64,000 nucleotides of DNA from Tolypothrix carrinoi HA7290-LM1. GTDB lineage: Bacteria; Cyanobacteriota; Cyanobacteriia; Cyanobacteriales; Nostocaceae. The notes under the pieces were generated by a model. The model made no database searches. It saw only the letters and a program-made list of their open reading frames with translations, and was not told the origin of the DNA. This document shows, piece by piece, positions 53,901-63,606 of the stretch. Numbering within the stretch: the first letter of the stretch is position 1; each line of letters starts with the position of its first letter. The position numbers were made by a program, and so were the translations under genes. The DNA lies in NCBI GenBank assembly GCA_019358935.1, contig JAHHIK010000008.1:52153-116152 (forward strand), in the 5' to 3' direction.

Positions 53901-54601
53901 TAGTCTCCCTTGTCTCCCTTGTCTCCCTTGTCTCCCTTGTCTCCCTTGTCTCCCTTGTCCCCAAGTCGTCCCCCTATCTCCAAAAAGTCCTCTTGAACTC
54001 CTATGCGGTAAATAAAATTTTCATCCACCAACTGCCCATCTTGGAAAGGACGCAACAAGCAGACATCCACTTCCAGCATATGACCCACGGTATCCACAAT
54101 TGCTTGCAGAATTTGCCGATAGTCTAAGGCGCTGCGAATCGTGTTTGTGACGGTGTTCAGCAGCGATTCTTGACGCAGGGTGCGGGTAAGTTCGCGGGTA
54201 CGGGTTTTGAGGACGTTATGGGTATCCAAAGCTTGGCGTACCACTGCTTTGAGTTCCTCTGCTTCCCACGGTTTGGTGACATATTTGAATACTTTACCAG
54301 CATTAATTGCTTCCACCAGGTCTTCGACATCGGTGTAGCCAGTTAAGATAATCCGGATGATATCTGGATACTGAGTCGCGGTTAGGCTCAAAAATTCTGT
54401 ACCGCTCATCATTGGCATCCGCTGATCGGAGATGATCACGGAGACTTCTCCTTCTTGCTGAAGCAGTTCTAATGCCGCTGGACCAGAAGATGCCTTAAGC
54501 ACCTTATAGTCGCGATAGAAGGTGCGGTAAAGCAAGTCAAGGTTGTCTGGTTCGTCATCGACAACCAAAATTTTCGGCTTACTGTTTGATTGGGATTTCA
54601 T
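50906..54601 (-). CDS. cyaC: Adenylate cyclase CyaC (REC-GAF-GAF-HisKA-HATPase-REC-cyclase)
   Basis: VVDDEPDN REC, SHEFRTP, GSGLGL, VLFSDIVGFT, DKFMGDAI, YTAIGPSVNIASRL. Confidence 0.93.
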   Translation of the reverse strand: MKSQSNSKPKILVVDDEPDNLDLLYRTFYRDYKVLKASSGPAALELLQQEGEVSVIISDQRMPMMSGTEFLSLTATQYPDIIRIILTGYTDVEDLVEAINAGKVFKYVTKPWEAEELKAVVRQALDTHNVLKTRTRELTRTLRQESLLNTVTNTIRSALDYRQILQAIVDTVGHMLEVDVCLLRPFQDGQLVDENFIYRIGVQEDFLEIGGRLGDKGDKGDKGDKGDKGDKGDYSFSPSPPLPITLSPTPTPGATTGGTPRQSPQRREPPHSAGSATHWLPLPPSSHPPLLAQTVWEIREVQVIHDVAKDERIQGDTAELLSRAAAFATAKICSSLVVPLICRQELMAVLALHQCKQPRLWSTDEVQLVVMVADQAALALSQAYAYEQVRALAKRESLINTITSAIRSSLDPEDIFAAITQQLGQALQVDGCVLSLWTEEDEYVKCVGLYESSYSSEDSFKLDHPWETGSHNYIDNQELPQSQSPIHSNPILQEMLRTQEPVVITDMSQSPPEIKGFDLPLRGKARSLMVVPLLADGKSIGSITLRQDSRSRKWLPTEIELASSVAAQAAIAVQQSHLYQKTREQAERLLQLDKQKTEFFQNISHEFRTPITLIQGPLESAVATKEGLSYAQSAIALRNSRRLLRLVNQLLDLQRLDAGRMQPSFRPCDLVEFVNQIVESFRPYCEKKGLNLITELEASPTVYLDMEKFDKVLYNLLSNAMKFTDIGGSITVRLQSQGDRCRLQVQDTGIGIVTEQIPHLFERFRQAEGTENRSYEGSGLGLALVKELVEMHGGKVTVESVYGKGTTFSLWLVSGGAHLPTEQLLEAPCELNISRANVELADLELQSIEEFENIKKDLLNSVNTQENELKIGESILVVDDNPDLRTYVSEILRANGYRVHTARNGSEGFLMAKEIIPRLIVSDLMMPLVSGMEMIRMIRNEEKLKGIPIILLTAKVDEETRIEGTEKGADAYLAKPFNDRELLAEVRNLLALKENERRVLELNTYLTESVLKRFLPSALVQKAATGDLVLDLRPEPRLITVLFSDIVGFTQLSNTLRSRRVAELLNEYLESMTKVVFENGGTIDKFMGDAILALYGAPEELTPNEQVRRSINTARGMHRSLSELNQRWREQGIFDSDGRNGLQFRCGIHQGTAVVGMFGSAERADYTAIGPSVNIASRLQVAAVPGTILVSAAVADYLDEDEIIKGSPLELKGIDETVLTFAVKPEVTVSR
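53762..53851 (-). mobile_element. Two nested 45-nt mini-elements (inner 53778-53822) inside an in-frame STRR insertion (about 53734-53978) in cyaC
   Basis: Outer acgccaggtgctacaacggggggaacccc|cgcaacgcactggctc split by acgccagtcgcctcaacggagggaacctccgcacagcgctggctc. Confidence 0.85.
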
Positions 54602-56104
54602 GCACCGCTTTCCTGCTGCAACGGCAGTCGGTTAAAGAATAATCCGATCTCTTGAGAATGTTTCTGAGTCAGGTAATAGCACATTTCGACTCCATAGGCT
54701 GTTTGGCTACATGACGGCTTCGTTCTAAAGCGTTTACTCACAGTAATTCGCCTCAATAGAAGATGCCTTACGCCATTTGCTTTGATGCACCCCAATCAAT
54801 TTGGTTGTCATTACTGTTACAGAATACATATTTGCTTGCTAATCCCTTCACCTTCTATCGCGATACAGATCTCCAATCTGGCTTAAAAATCCACGTCGGA
54901 GCTGCATATTAAGTTTTCCCCCCGCAACAGTTGCACTAACATTTGCAAGTAAATTTTATTTATGGCAGTCATGGTATCAGCAATATTACAAGAATAATAT
55001 TTCAAACCTCAGTATACTATTAGACAAGTATAATATTGACAATTGAGCAATGAGAACCATTAGTCAGGTGGTAGTGCAGGAAAATTGAAGATTACTAGGA
55101 ATATGCGCGCCATTGTTGAAACCCAGTTACTAGGACACGCCAAGAGCGATCGCGCTATCGTATCCCAAATCAAGCTATCGCGATCGCGTAGCGCGGACGC
55201 GAAAGCGCGACGGTTCGACGGACAGAATCCTCAACAGACGTACACGTCGCCCAGTTGTGCTTTGCACAAATGCCTATGGCAAAGCAACGAGGGAGGCATT
55301 TTTGAAAAAAATGCCTCGGCAGTATACGGACGATCGCGCTTTCCCCTTAAATCTCTTGGTGGCAATGGCGCGATCGCCTACCATAACGAACGCAAAAACC
55401 GAGTTTTTGGCGATTGCGGACGATTGTATTGTATAAGTAAGCATCCTCTAGTCAAACGCCCACTATTGTATTGGGGTTGACATCAGATAAAAATTTCGCT
55501 ATGAAGTTGATTCCCAATCCAGTTATTTTTTCACAAAACTTAACTATTAGAGAAGACAAATACATCTATAATAAAATGCTTAATTATCTTTATGTCAATA
55601 TTTGAGCAAAAAAGATGGCGCTCAGTTTTAATCCGGATCGCTTGCTACGGGTTGATGGCAGATACTGCAAGCATAGTTTAGGATGATTTCGTTATATTAT
55701 TGTCAAAAATAATCACACATCAGAATATGACCAAAAAGCAAATTTTCTGTGCTTTGTACGCTTTTACCAATGCCTGGAATGTTTAAACCTTTATTTAGAT
55801 AGATGCGAATGCAGCTTCTTCAAATGATGCATAAACTCCTGACAAACTGGTTTTTTGCCATTTTAATTGGCTACCGCGTCCCTATGACGCAAAGCTTTGC
55901 TCTACTTTTCAACCGCAATTGCATTCCAATTGCGTATCCTCTGCTGTCAAGTTTTGTACAAGTAGACAACGAAGAGCGATCGCACCAAATAAAATGAATT
56001 TGGGGATACACTCAATTCCTGATATAAAGCGGCAAAATTAAAATCTCACGCGCCAAGTTAAATGCTTAATAGAAGAACGCTATTCATCCAGATTTGATGA
56101 TGTT

Positions 56105-56770
56105 TTGGGATATTATGTAAGATTTTCCTTGAATAAAATCAATACTAAATTAGCTTTGACGACACCCTGGTTTTTTCACCCATCCCACCAACTGCAAGTA
56201 TTTGCCGCCGATCAACCTTTTAACCAATTCCAAATTCGTGCGGCTACTCCTGCTGATTTGACTAATGTTGCCGAAATCATTACCGAAAGTTTTCACTCCC
56301 CAAATGGTATGTGGGGATGGGCTTTCCCGTTACTACGTTTGGGTATTTACGAAGACTTAAGGCATCGTCTAGCATCAAGCGCACCCCATCACGTTTGTTT
56401 AGTTGCCGTTGATACTACTGCTACAACTGATAACTTAGTTGGAACTGTAGAACTGGGTGTGCGTTTTGGTGATTCTTGGACGGCTGTTGGCAAGAGTTTT
56501 CCTTATTTATCTAATTTGGCTGTTCACCCAAAATATCGTCGGTTGGGTGCTGCGTCGGAGTTGCTTAAAGCTTGTGAAAAAGTTGCCCTGTTGTGGGGTT
56601 TTAAAGACTTATACCTCCACGTTTTGGAAAATAACCATCAGGCACGGCAGCTTTATTTTAAGGCGGGATATCAGGTGCATCAAGTCGAATCTTATTGGAA
56701 TACCTTTTTTCTGGGACGCTCCCGACAGATATTCTTGCACAAGTACTTGCCACATTCTGAGACTATCTGA
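56105..56770 (+). CDS. GNAT-family N-acetyltransferase
   Basis: YLSNLAVHPKYRRLGAA, LYLHVLENNHQARQLYFKAGY; start uncertain. Confidence 0.92.
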   Translation: MGYYVRFSLNKINTKLALTTPWFFHPSHQLQVFAADQPFNQFQIRAATPADLTNVAEIITESFHSPNGMWGWAFPLLRLGIYEDLRHRLASSAPHHVCLVAVDTTATTDNLVGTVELGVRFGDSWTAVGKSFPYLSNLAVHPKYRRLGAASELLKACEKVALLWGFKDLYLHVLENNHQARQLYFKAGYQVHQVESYWNTFFLGRSRQIFLHKYLPHSETI

Positions 56771-57622
56771 ATTTTTCAGTTTTGTTTGAAAAGCGATCGC
56801 ACTCTTTGAATGCGAACAACCTATGAGAGCGCATCGCTTTCCGTAGCTTAAAGTAACTTGATTAAGCATTCAGGCAATAGAGAGGGATGTTTTCTGAATG
56901 CTTAATTTTTACAAATATGCATAAATAAATAGTTATTAATTAACTTTACAAAATATTAATTTATCAAATATTTTGTCATTCACATATGTACTTTTTGACC
57001 ATTAAAAGGAATAATTTTTCTGATCGCATAATACCAACGCGCAACGCATCTTTTTAGGGAGAAGAAATAAATGCTTTACTTTGCTTCTTCTGCATACGTG
57101 CTTATACGTATTGTGGCAACGCCACATCGACACGGCGAACACTCTAAATGCCTAGTGGCGTTTCTAAGCGCGATATCGCTCGTGTACCTAAGTGGTAGTA
57201 ATCACACGGAGAAAACGCTTTATTTTTATGCATCACTCTTATAGTTTTTTCCGAAATCTACTATTTAATAAAAATTAAATAATCATGTAATATTTAGCTT
57301 ATTTATATGATATGAATTTGAGATATCCAAATCTTAAAAGATAATTTTCTTTAGATACAAATAAAGTGATTGTGATTGTAATATCAGTAAAAATACGATA
57401 AAGAAGATTCAATCCCTCATAAGAACTTTGCATTTGAGATATTCATCTTTATAAAAACTTTAAAAAAAGAACTCCTTTAATTCAAGACAAAGTCAGTTAA
57501 ATCTCATAAAATATGATTATTTAATTGCTGAAAAAAGTCCATTTAATTTTATCTTAGTTAAATAAAGCAAAAAGTCTTGATAATTAAGATAAAACCAATC
57601 ATTTTGATTTAAATCAAGTTAA

Positions 57623-58222
57623 GTGTTGAAGTGCAGACTACTACCAAATTCTTTGAAACTTTTAGAAAACATGGATAGCGAAAACCGCCAACGCTATCAA
57701 ACTGCTATGGTATCAACTTATTACCCTGAAACTAGTTTCCTTGACTATATTGTCATGCCTGATGGAACTGAGCAATCTCCAGGCTCGGATATCCTCACAC
57801 AGCTGCATAGTGGAAAGGTCTTTATCGTTAACAGTCGTCGGCGAAATGGGTTAATACTATTCAAACGCTACCATGCAGAATTTGCAGGACCCGGCGCAGC
57901 AGTGGGAGGTGATTACGATCGCGATTGTCAAAATTTATTGCCGATAGGTAATTTGCAGCTATTGACTCCCGACTCTTATGACGAGCGTCAGAAAGCTTAC
58001 TTGATTAGACGCCAGTGGATTCGGTTAATCAAGCAAATTACAGAAAACCCACTGCCACAGCAACGAGTCCAAAAGATTCTCGATCAATTTGAGCAATACT
58101 TTCCACCAGAAACGGTGGATAAGTTGCCTGATATTGCTTTTGCTCTTTTGGTAGGTGTGCTGCCACAAACAGTGGGAATAGTACGGCGTTTGGGCAGCGA
58201 TGAGTATACCCGATTTAATTAA
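57623..58222 (+). CDS. Conserved cyanobacterial hypothetical protein (possibly Crp-related fragment)
   Basis: RRRNGLIL..HAEFAGPGAAVGG, RRQWIRL, ALLVGVLPQTV HTH-like end; start uncertain (57671 or 57707). Confidence 0.7.
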   Translation: MLKCRLLPNSLKLLENMDSENRQRYQTAMVSTYYPETSFLDYIVMPDGTEQSPGSDILTQLHSGKVFIVNSRRRNGLILFKRYHAEFAGPGAAVGGDYDRDCQNLLPIGNLQLLTPDSYDERQKAYLIRRQWIRLIKQITENPLPQQRVQKILDQFEQYFPPETVDKLPDIAFALLVGVLPQTVGIVRRLGSDEYTRFN

Positions 58223-58318
58223 CTAGCCCGAAGAACGCCATGCGTACACTCAAAGCACAGCTTGAAAATCTCTTGTTCCCTTTCCCATGCACCCCTTTTT
58301 GAAAGCTGGTTGTTAATA

Positions 58319-59461
58319 TTAAAGATTTGTTAAAGCAGTTTGTAGCCGACTCAGCGTGCGGAGGTTTTCCTCTGGGGTTCCTACTGTAATTCGCAATCCT
58401 CCACTGATGTGTCGCACAAGAGTGCCGGCAGTTCTCAGCTTTTGGGTAAGATTTATTAAATAATCGTCTTCTTGGTTCAAAGCATTTGGTTTTAGTCGCA
58501 GGTAAATAAAGTTAGCAGCGCTTTCGGCAACTTGTAATGTTGGGTATTGAGATAAAGCTTCGATAAGTTTGGCTCGTTCAAAGAGCTGAAGGGGAATTGA
58601 CTTCAATAACAGTTGGCGGTTTTGCAGAGCAATTAACGCCGCAGCGATAGAAACGCTGGGAAGATTGTAAGGTAAGCGCACTTTTTCTAGAATAGCGATC
58701 AACTTAGGTTGAGCCAGACAATAGCCAACGCGATGAGCAGCCAAGCGGAAGGCTTTAGAAAATGTCCGCATTATTATCCAGTTAGGACGTTGTGGTAATT
58801 CGTTAGCTAAGGTATCCTGACTGAATTCAAAGTAAGCTTCATCAATTACTACTAAAATACGATCGCTCAAATTTCTTAACCATGCTAATTCTGCCGCAGT
58901 TAAAGCATTGGCTGTAGGGGAATTAGGATGAACTAGAAAAATCACCCGAATCGGCGGATTTTGCGTTTGTTCTATAGCTTTATCAGCCGCTTGTAAATCA
59001 ATTTCAAAATTCGCTTCATTTCTACCCACCGTCACAACGGGAATACCCAAAGTTTGCGCCAAAATCCCGTACATCGAGAAAGTGGGATTAGCAATCAAAA
59101 CCGAACCTTCTCCCCCGACACAACTGGCAATTAAAATTGAGCGAATTAGTTCATCTGAACCATTGCCAACAGAAATATTAGCAGCCGTGAAAAAAGATGA
59201 AAAGACATTAGCTGATTCATTGACATAGAGAGCGATCGCATTCTTCAGTGTCTCATGTCCGCCATCAGGATAACGGTTCGTCTCAATTATCTGCTGATAC
59301 TCCCAAGCAAGCTTTTCTTTTAACTCAGGTGGCAAATCATAAGGGCTTTCATTCGTATCTAGCCGATCCAATTGCGATGGAACTGGTTCTGCTGTACTAC
59401 TACCGGGATGGGGTTTGTAAGCGCTAAATTTAGCTAAATCTTCGCGGATAAATGGCAGCAT
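58319..59461 (-). CDS. hisC: Histidinol-phosphate aminotransferase
   Basis: [56 protein letters not shown]. Confidence 0.95.
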   Translation of the reverse strand: MLPFIREDLAKFSAYKPHPGSSTAEPVPSQLDRLDTNESPYDLPPELKEKLAWEYQQIIETNRYPDGGHETLKNAIALYVNESANVFSSFFTAANISVGNGSDELIRSILIASCVGGEGSVLIANPTFSMYGILAQTLGIPVVTVGRNEANFEIDLQAADKAIEQTQNPPIRVIFLVHPNSPTANALTAAELAWLRNLSDRILVVIDEAYFEFSQDTLANELPQRPNWIIMRTFSKAFRLAAHRVGYCLAQPKLIAILEKVRLPYNLPSVSIAAALIALQNRQLLLKSIPLQLFERAKLIEALSQYPTLQVAESAANFIYLRLKPNALNQEDDYLINLTQKLRTAGTLVRHISGGLRITVGTPEENLRTLSRLQTALTNL

Positions 59462-59578
59462 AGTTAGTTAGGAGGTAGAGACGTTCCACACCGAACGTCT
59501 GTACGAGTTAATAGAATAGAGACTTTGGACTCTTGACTTACGAAAATTGGTTATGTGAGAACTTCATATTTTACAGCT

Positions 59579-60214
59579 TTATGGCAATTGACAAAACAAT
59601 CTAATTGCTTGCCAAATTTCTGAGGTGACATTGCCTAAAGCGTGATCGCTGTCAAGTTCGACTAACTCCACCCAAGGACGTAAACATGCAAAGTCGCGGC
59701 TAGCTTGAATCGGGATAACTTCATCCTCTTTTCCATGCAAAATTAAGGTAGGGATGGGACGTTGCAGTTGTCGTTCTTGATATTGATGCGCGTCGGTAAC
59801 GAAATCGTAACTAAGGGGTAGCGATCGCTTTTCGCCATAGTGGTAAACTTCTAAATATTTTTCTTGTTGCCAACGCTGCAATTTTTCATCTCCCAAGTTT
59901 GGCAACCAATGAGATAAAAATCCAAATGCTGGCGCCAACAAAACCAGACGCTGCACTTGTAAATATTGTTGTCCTAAATGAGCTGCGGTTAAACCACCCA
60001 AACTCGAACCTATCAAAGTCACCTCAGCAGCATTTAAGGGAAATTCAGCGGCAACTTGTTTTAGCTGCCGCGTGATTGTCAGATGAGAAAAATCGCCCAA
60101 ATTCAAATCGGGAATTTTTAACGGAGTGTGAATTTGGGCAAAGCGCGAAACTATATCCCGCGCTTTGGCAGAATTTGGACTCGAAGCAAAGCCGTGGAGG
60201 TAGATGTAATGCAA
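59579..60214 (-). CDS. YqiA/YcfP-family alpha/beta hydrolase
   Basis: YLHGFASSP.S.KA, GSSLGG, HGKEDEVIP, SDH. Confidence 0.9.
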   Translation of the reverse strand: MHYIYLHGFASSPNSAKARDIVSRFAQIHTPLKIPDLNLGDFSHLTITRQLKQVAAEFPLNAAEVTLIGSSLGGLTAAHLGQQYLQVQRLVLLAPAFGFLSHWLPNLGDEKLQRWQQEKYLEVYHYGEKRSLPLSYDFVTDAHQYQERQLQRPIPTLILHGKEDEVIPIQASRDFACLRPWVELVELDSDHALGNVTSEIWQAIRLFCQLP

Positions 60215-60295
60215 GGGGGAGACAAGGCAGACAAGGCAGACAAGGCAGACAAGGCAGACAAGGCAGACAAATGACTGCTGACTCCGCGCCTTTAA

Positions 60296-61672
60296 TTACC
60301 GCATGGTGACGAATTCTTCTGCTGATGAGGGATGGATACCGACGGTGGCATCAAAATCTTTTTTGGTTGCACCCATTTTGACGGCGATCGCTACACCTTG
60401 AATTATCTCACCTGCGCTTTCTCCGACCATGTGAGCGCCTAATACTTTGTCGGTGTTGCCATCGACTACCAACTTCATCATGGTTTTTTCTTGAGCTAAC
60501 GTTAAACTATGAAACAATGGGCGGAAGCGTGTACGATATACTTTGACTGCATCTCCGTATTTCTCGTGTGCTTCGGCTTCGGTTAAACCGACTGTAGCCG
60601 CTTCTGGGTTGGAAAATACGGCTGTAGGAACAGTTTCGTGGCTGAATAAACGGCGGTTGTTGCCAAATTCGCTATCAGCAAAAGCGCGACCTTCACCAAT
60701 TGCTACCGGAGTTAAGTTAATTCTGTCAGTGACATCACCGACGGCAAAGATATTTTCTTGGGAAGTTTGACTAAATTCGTTGACAGCGATCGCCATCATA
60801 TTGCTGTATCCGGGTCCTTCGATGTTACCTTCAACAAGATCGACTCCGGCATTTTCTAAACCCAATCCTTCGACATTCGGCATCCGACCGGTAGCGATTA
60901 AAAACACATCGGCAATTATCGGTTCTTGGTCTGCTTGTGATAAAGTCAGCTTTATTCCTGACGGCACTTTCTCAACTGTTTCGACTACATTCTTCTTGAT
61001 CAGTTTAATGCCGTGATTTGTCATCCCCTCTTCAATTCCGCTGCGGATGTCATCATCAAAACCTTTCAAAATTTTGTCGCCCCTGGTAATCTGTGTCACT
61101 TCGGAACCCAGACCACGCATGATGCAAGCAAATTCTGTGCCGATGTAACCCGCGCCGATAATGACGATGTGCTTCGGTTGCTGTTTGAGGTGAAAAATTT
61201 CATTGGAAGTAATGCCATATTCCATACCAGGTAAATCTGGTTTAACCGGACGCCCACCGACAGCGATTAAAATTTTCTCTGCTGTAACTTTGCGTCCATC
61301 AACTTCTACGGTGTGAGGATCTACTAAACTAGCACGAGCGGGAATTAAATCGACGCCGGCTCTTTCTAAAAAACCGATATGCAGTTGCGATAGTCGGCGG
61401 ACTTCTTTATCTATAGAAGTAATGAAATGTTCCCAATCCAACTCAGCTTCACCGACTTTCCAGCCATAACCTGCGGCATCATGAAATAATGCCGGAAAGT
61501 GAGAGCCGTAAACCATGAGTTTTTTGGGAACACACCCGCGAATCACACAAGTACCGCCGACTAAATCATTTTCAGCGATCGCCACTTTTGCACCGTAGCT
61601 AGCTGCCCGCTTGGAAGCTGCTAAACCACCAGAACCAGCACCAATGACAAACAAATCGTAATCATACGTCAT
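60296..61672 (-). CDS. gor: Glutathione-disulfide reductase
   Basis: GAGSGG, GGTCVIRGCVPKK, LTPVAI, GIHPSSAEE. Confidence 0.96.
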   Translation of the reverse strand: MTYDYDLFVIGAGSGGLAASKRAASYGAKVAIAENDLVGGTCVIRGCVPKKLMVYGSHFPALFHDAAGYGWKVGEAELDWEHFITSIDKEVRRLSQLHIGFLERAGVDLIPARASLVDPHTVEVDGRKVTAEKILIAVGGRPVKPDLPGMEYGITSNEIFHLKQQPKHIVIIGAGYIGTEFACIMRGLGSEVTQITRGDKILKGFDDDIRSGIEEGMTNHGIKLIKKNVVETVEKVPSGIKLTLSQADQEPIIADVFLIATGRMPNVEGLGLENAGVDLVEGNIEGPGYSNMMAIAVNEFSQTSQENIFAVGDVTDRINLTPVAIGEGRAFADSEFGNNRRLFSHETVPTAVFSNPEAATVGLTEAEAHEKYGDAVKVYRTRFRPLFHSLTLAQEKTMMKLVVDGNTDKVLGAHMVGESAGEIIQGVAIAVKMGATKKDFDATVGIHPSSAEEFVTMR

Positions 61673-61908
61673 AAAAATTATGTTCCCTGAAAATAGGACA
61701 ACTTGGCTAATTGTTTCTCTATAACTATTGAAACAAAATTCATCTGTTGCTGTCAGCTGAGATTTCCGCCCCTAGATTGATGGTGGGCGATCGCTTTTGT
61801 TAATTTTCTGTAACTCTTAAATGTAGTAAGGGATAGAGCCGCTTAAAGCAGTTGCAATTGAGCGGTAAACCGCTCACTACGAACAAGGAATATATTGTTT
61901 CAAGCTTG

Positions 61909-62131
61909 GAACTTGAAATTTCGTGTTCGGAACTTGAAACTTCGTGTTCGGAACTTGAAATTTCGTGTTCGGAACTTGAAACTTCGTGTTCGGAACTTGA
62001 AACTTCGTGTTCGGAACTTGAAACTTCGTGTTCGGAACTTGAAACTTCGTGTTCCAAACTCGGAACTTCGTGTTCAGAACTTGAAACTTCGTGTTCCAAA
62101 CTCGAAAGTTCGTGTTCCGAACACGAAACTT
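61909..62131. repeat. 21-bp tandem repeat (GAACTTGAAACTTCGTGTTCG), about 10.6 units
   Basis: Head-to-tail units without spacers, degenerating toward the right end. Confidence 0.95.
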
Positions 62132-62259
62132 GCAGCTTTTTGGGTAGAAGTACGGATGCAGATTTTCGCATTTGCTATTCTACCCAACTACTGAACTGTA
62201 GAAAAAGTTAAAAGCAAAACAAAACCTTACTCCCCAGTTCCCAGTCTCTAGTCCCCAGT

Positions 62260-63606
62260 TCAATCTAATGTCAAAAACTCTTCTGCTGTGGTGGGATGAA
62301 TACCAATTGTGTCATCCAAATCTTGTTTGGTGATACCCTTGCGAATGGCAACCGCGAGACTTTGAATTATATCGGCTGCGTGTTCACCCACCATATGAGC
62401 GCCTAAAACTTTCTCAGACTCGCCTTCAACTACTAATTTAATTGTTGCTTGCTCATCTTGTTCGGTCAGCTGATAAAATAGCGGTTGGAATTTGCTGCGG
62501 TAGCATTTGACAGATTCGCCGAATTTTTCTCGCGCTTTTGTTTCTGACATGCCGACACTTGCCCCTTCCGGACGGGCAAAAACAGCGGAAGCGACAAAAT
62601 CATAACTTGGTTTTTGCGGCTTTTTGCCAAAAACTGAATTGACAAAATCAGTAGCTTCAGTTATTGCAACTGGCGTTAATTGCACGCGGTTAGTGCAGTC
62701 ACCCACAGCAAAAATATTTTCTTGGTTGGTGCGGCTGTATTCATCAACTTTGATTTCTCCTTTTTCCCCAAGTTCAACTGAGGCTTTTTCCAAATCGAGA
62801 TTTTTGGTATTTGGAGCGCGACCTGTGGCAACTAAGATTGTATCTGCTGTGACGATTTCTTCTTTGTCGCCTTTAGTAGTCACCAGCAAACCGTCATCTG
62901 AGAATTTAATTTCTTTCGCAGTGCTGTTGTTGATAAAGCGAATTTTCCTTTTGCTCAAACCCTCTTGAACGCCAGCGCGAATGTCATCATCAAAGCCTGA
63001 TAAAATCATTTCATCGGTATTAATAACCGTGACTTCGCACCCGAAAGCGTTCATCATGCTGGAAAATTCTACACCGATGTAACCACCGCCAATAATCGCC
63101 AAGCGTTTGGGTAAGTAAGGCAGGTGAAACATCTCGCGGGAAGTGATAGTGTATTCTATACCGGGAATATCCGGTTGCACAGGATGTCCGCCGACAGCAA
63201 TTAAGATTTTGTCAGCTGTGACTTTGCGTCCTTCAATTTCGATGGTATGAGCATCAACGAAAGTTGCCTGACCGTGAATTATTTCAATTCCCGCTTTTTG
63301 CAACTGCTGAAGGAAAGAATGCTGAATACCTTCAAGTTTCTGGTGTACTGATTTAATAAATAGTGTCCAGTCAAAGTGCCATTGACAGTCACTCCAGCCG
63401 TAGCTTTGCGCCGATTGATTTTGGAGGGCAAAATCAGCCGCGTAGACAATGAATTTTTTGGGAGTACAGCCGCGATTTGCACAGGTACCACCGAGGGCTT
63501 CTTGTTCGGCAATGGCGACGCGGACACCTAACGCGGCTGCTTTTTTGGCTGCTGCTAGTCCTCCTGGACCGGCGCCAATTACAAAGAGGTCATAATCAAA
63601 TGTCAT
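62260..63606 (-). CDS. Second glutathione-reductase-like paralogue
   Basis: GGTCANRGCTPKK, LTPVAI, GIHPTTAEE; likely ATG 63606 (MTFDYDLF). Confidence 0.9.
   Translation of the reverse strand: MTFDYDLFVIGAGPGGLAAAKKAAALGVRVAIAEQEALGGTCANRGCTPKKFIVYAADFALQNQSAQSYGWSDCQWHFDWTLFIKSVHQKLEGIQHSFLQQLQKAGIEIIHGQATFVDAHTIEIEGRKVTADKILIAVGGHPVQPDIPGIEYTITSREMFHLPYLPKRLAIIGGGYIGVEFSSMMNAFGCEVTVINTDEMILSGFDDDIRAGVQEGLSKRKIRFINNSTAKEIKFSDDGLLVTTKGDKEEIVTADTILVATGRAPNTKNLDLEKASVELGEKGEIKVDEYSRTNQENIFAVGDCTNRVQLTPVAITEATDFVNSVFGKKPQKPSYDFVASAVFARPEGASVGMSETKAREKFGESVKCYRSKFQPLFYQLTEQDEQATIKLVVEGESEKVLGAHMVGEHAADIIQSLAVAIRKGITKQDLDDTIGIHPTTAEEFLTLD

Noticed and set aside
55085..55480. 131-aa ORF upstream of cyaC
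   Set aside because: No recognisable motif, and it crosses HIP1-rich hairpin DNA; cannot be supported.
61909..62131. CRISPR array
   Set aside because: The units are contiguous with no unique spacers, and there are no cas genes in the window.
61800..62211. Three ORFs across the 21-bp repeat
   Set aside because: Open frames are a by-product of a stop-free 21-bp unit; there is no independent coding evidence.
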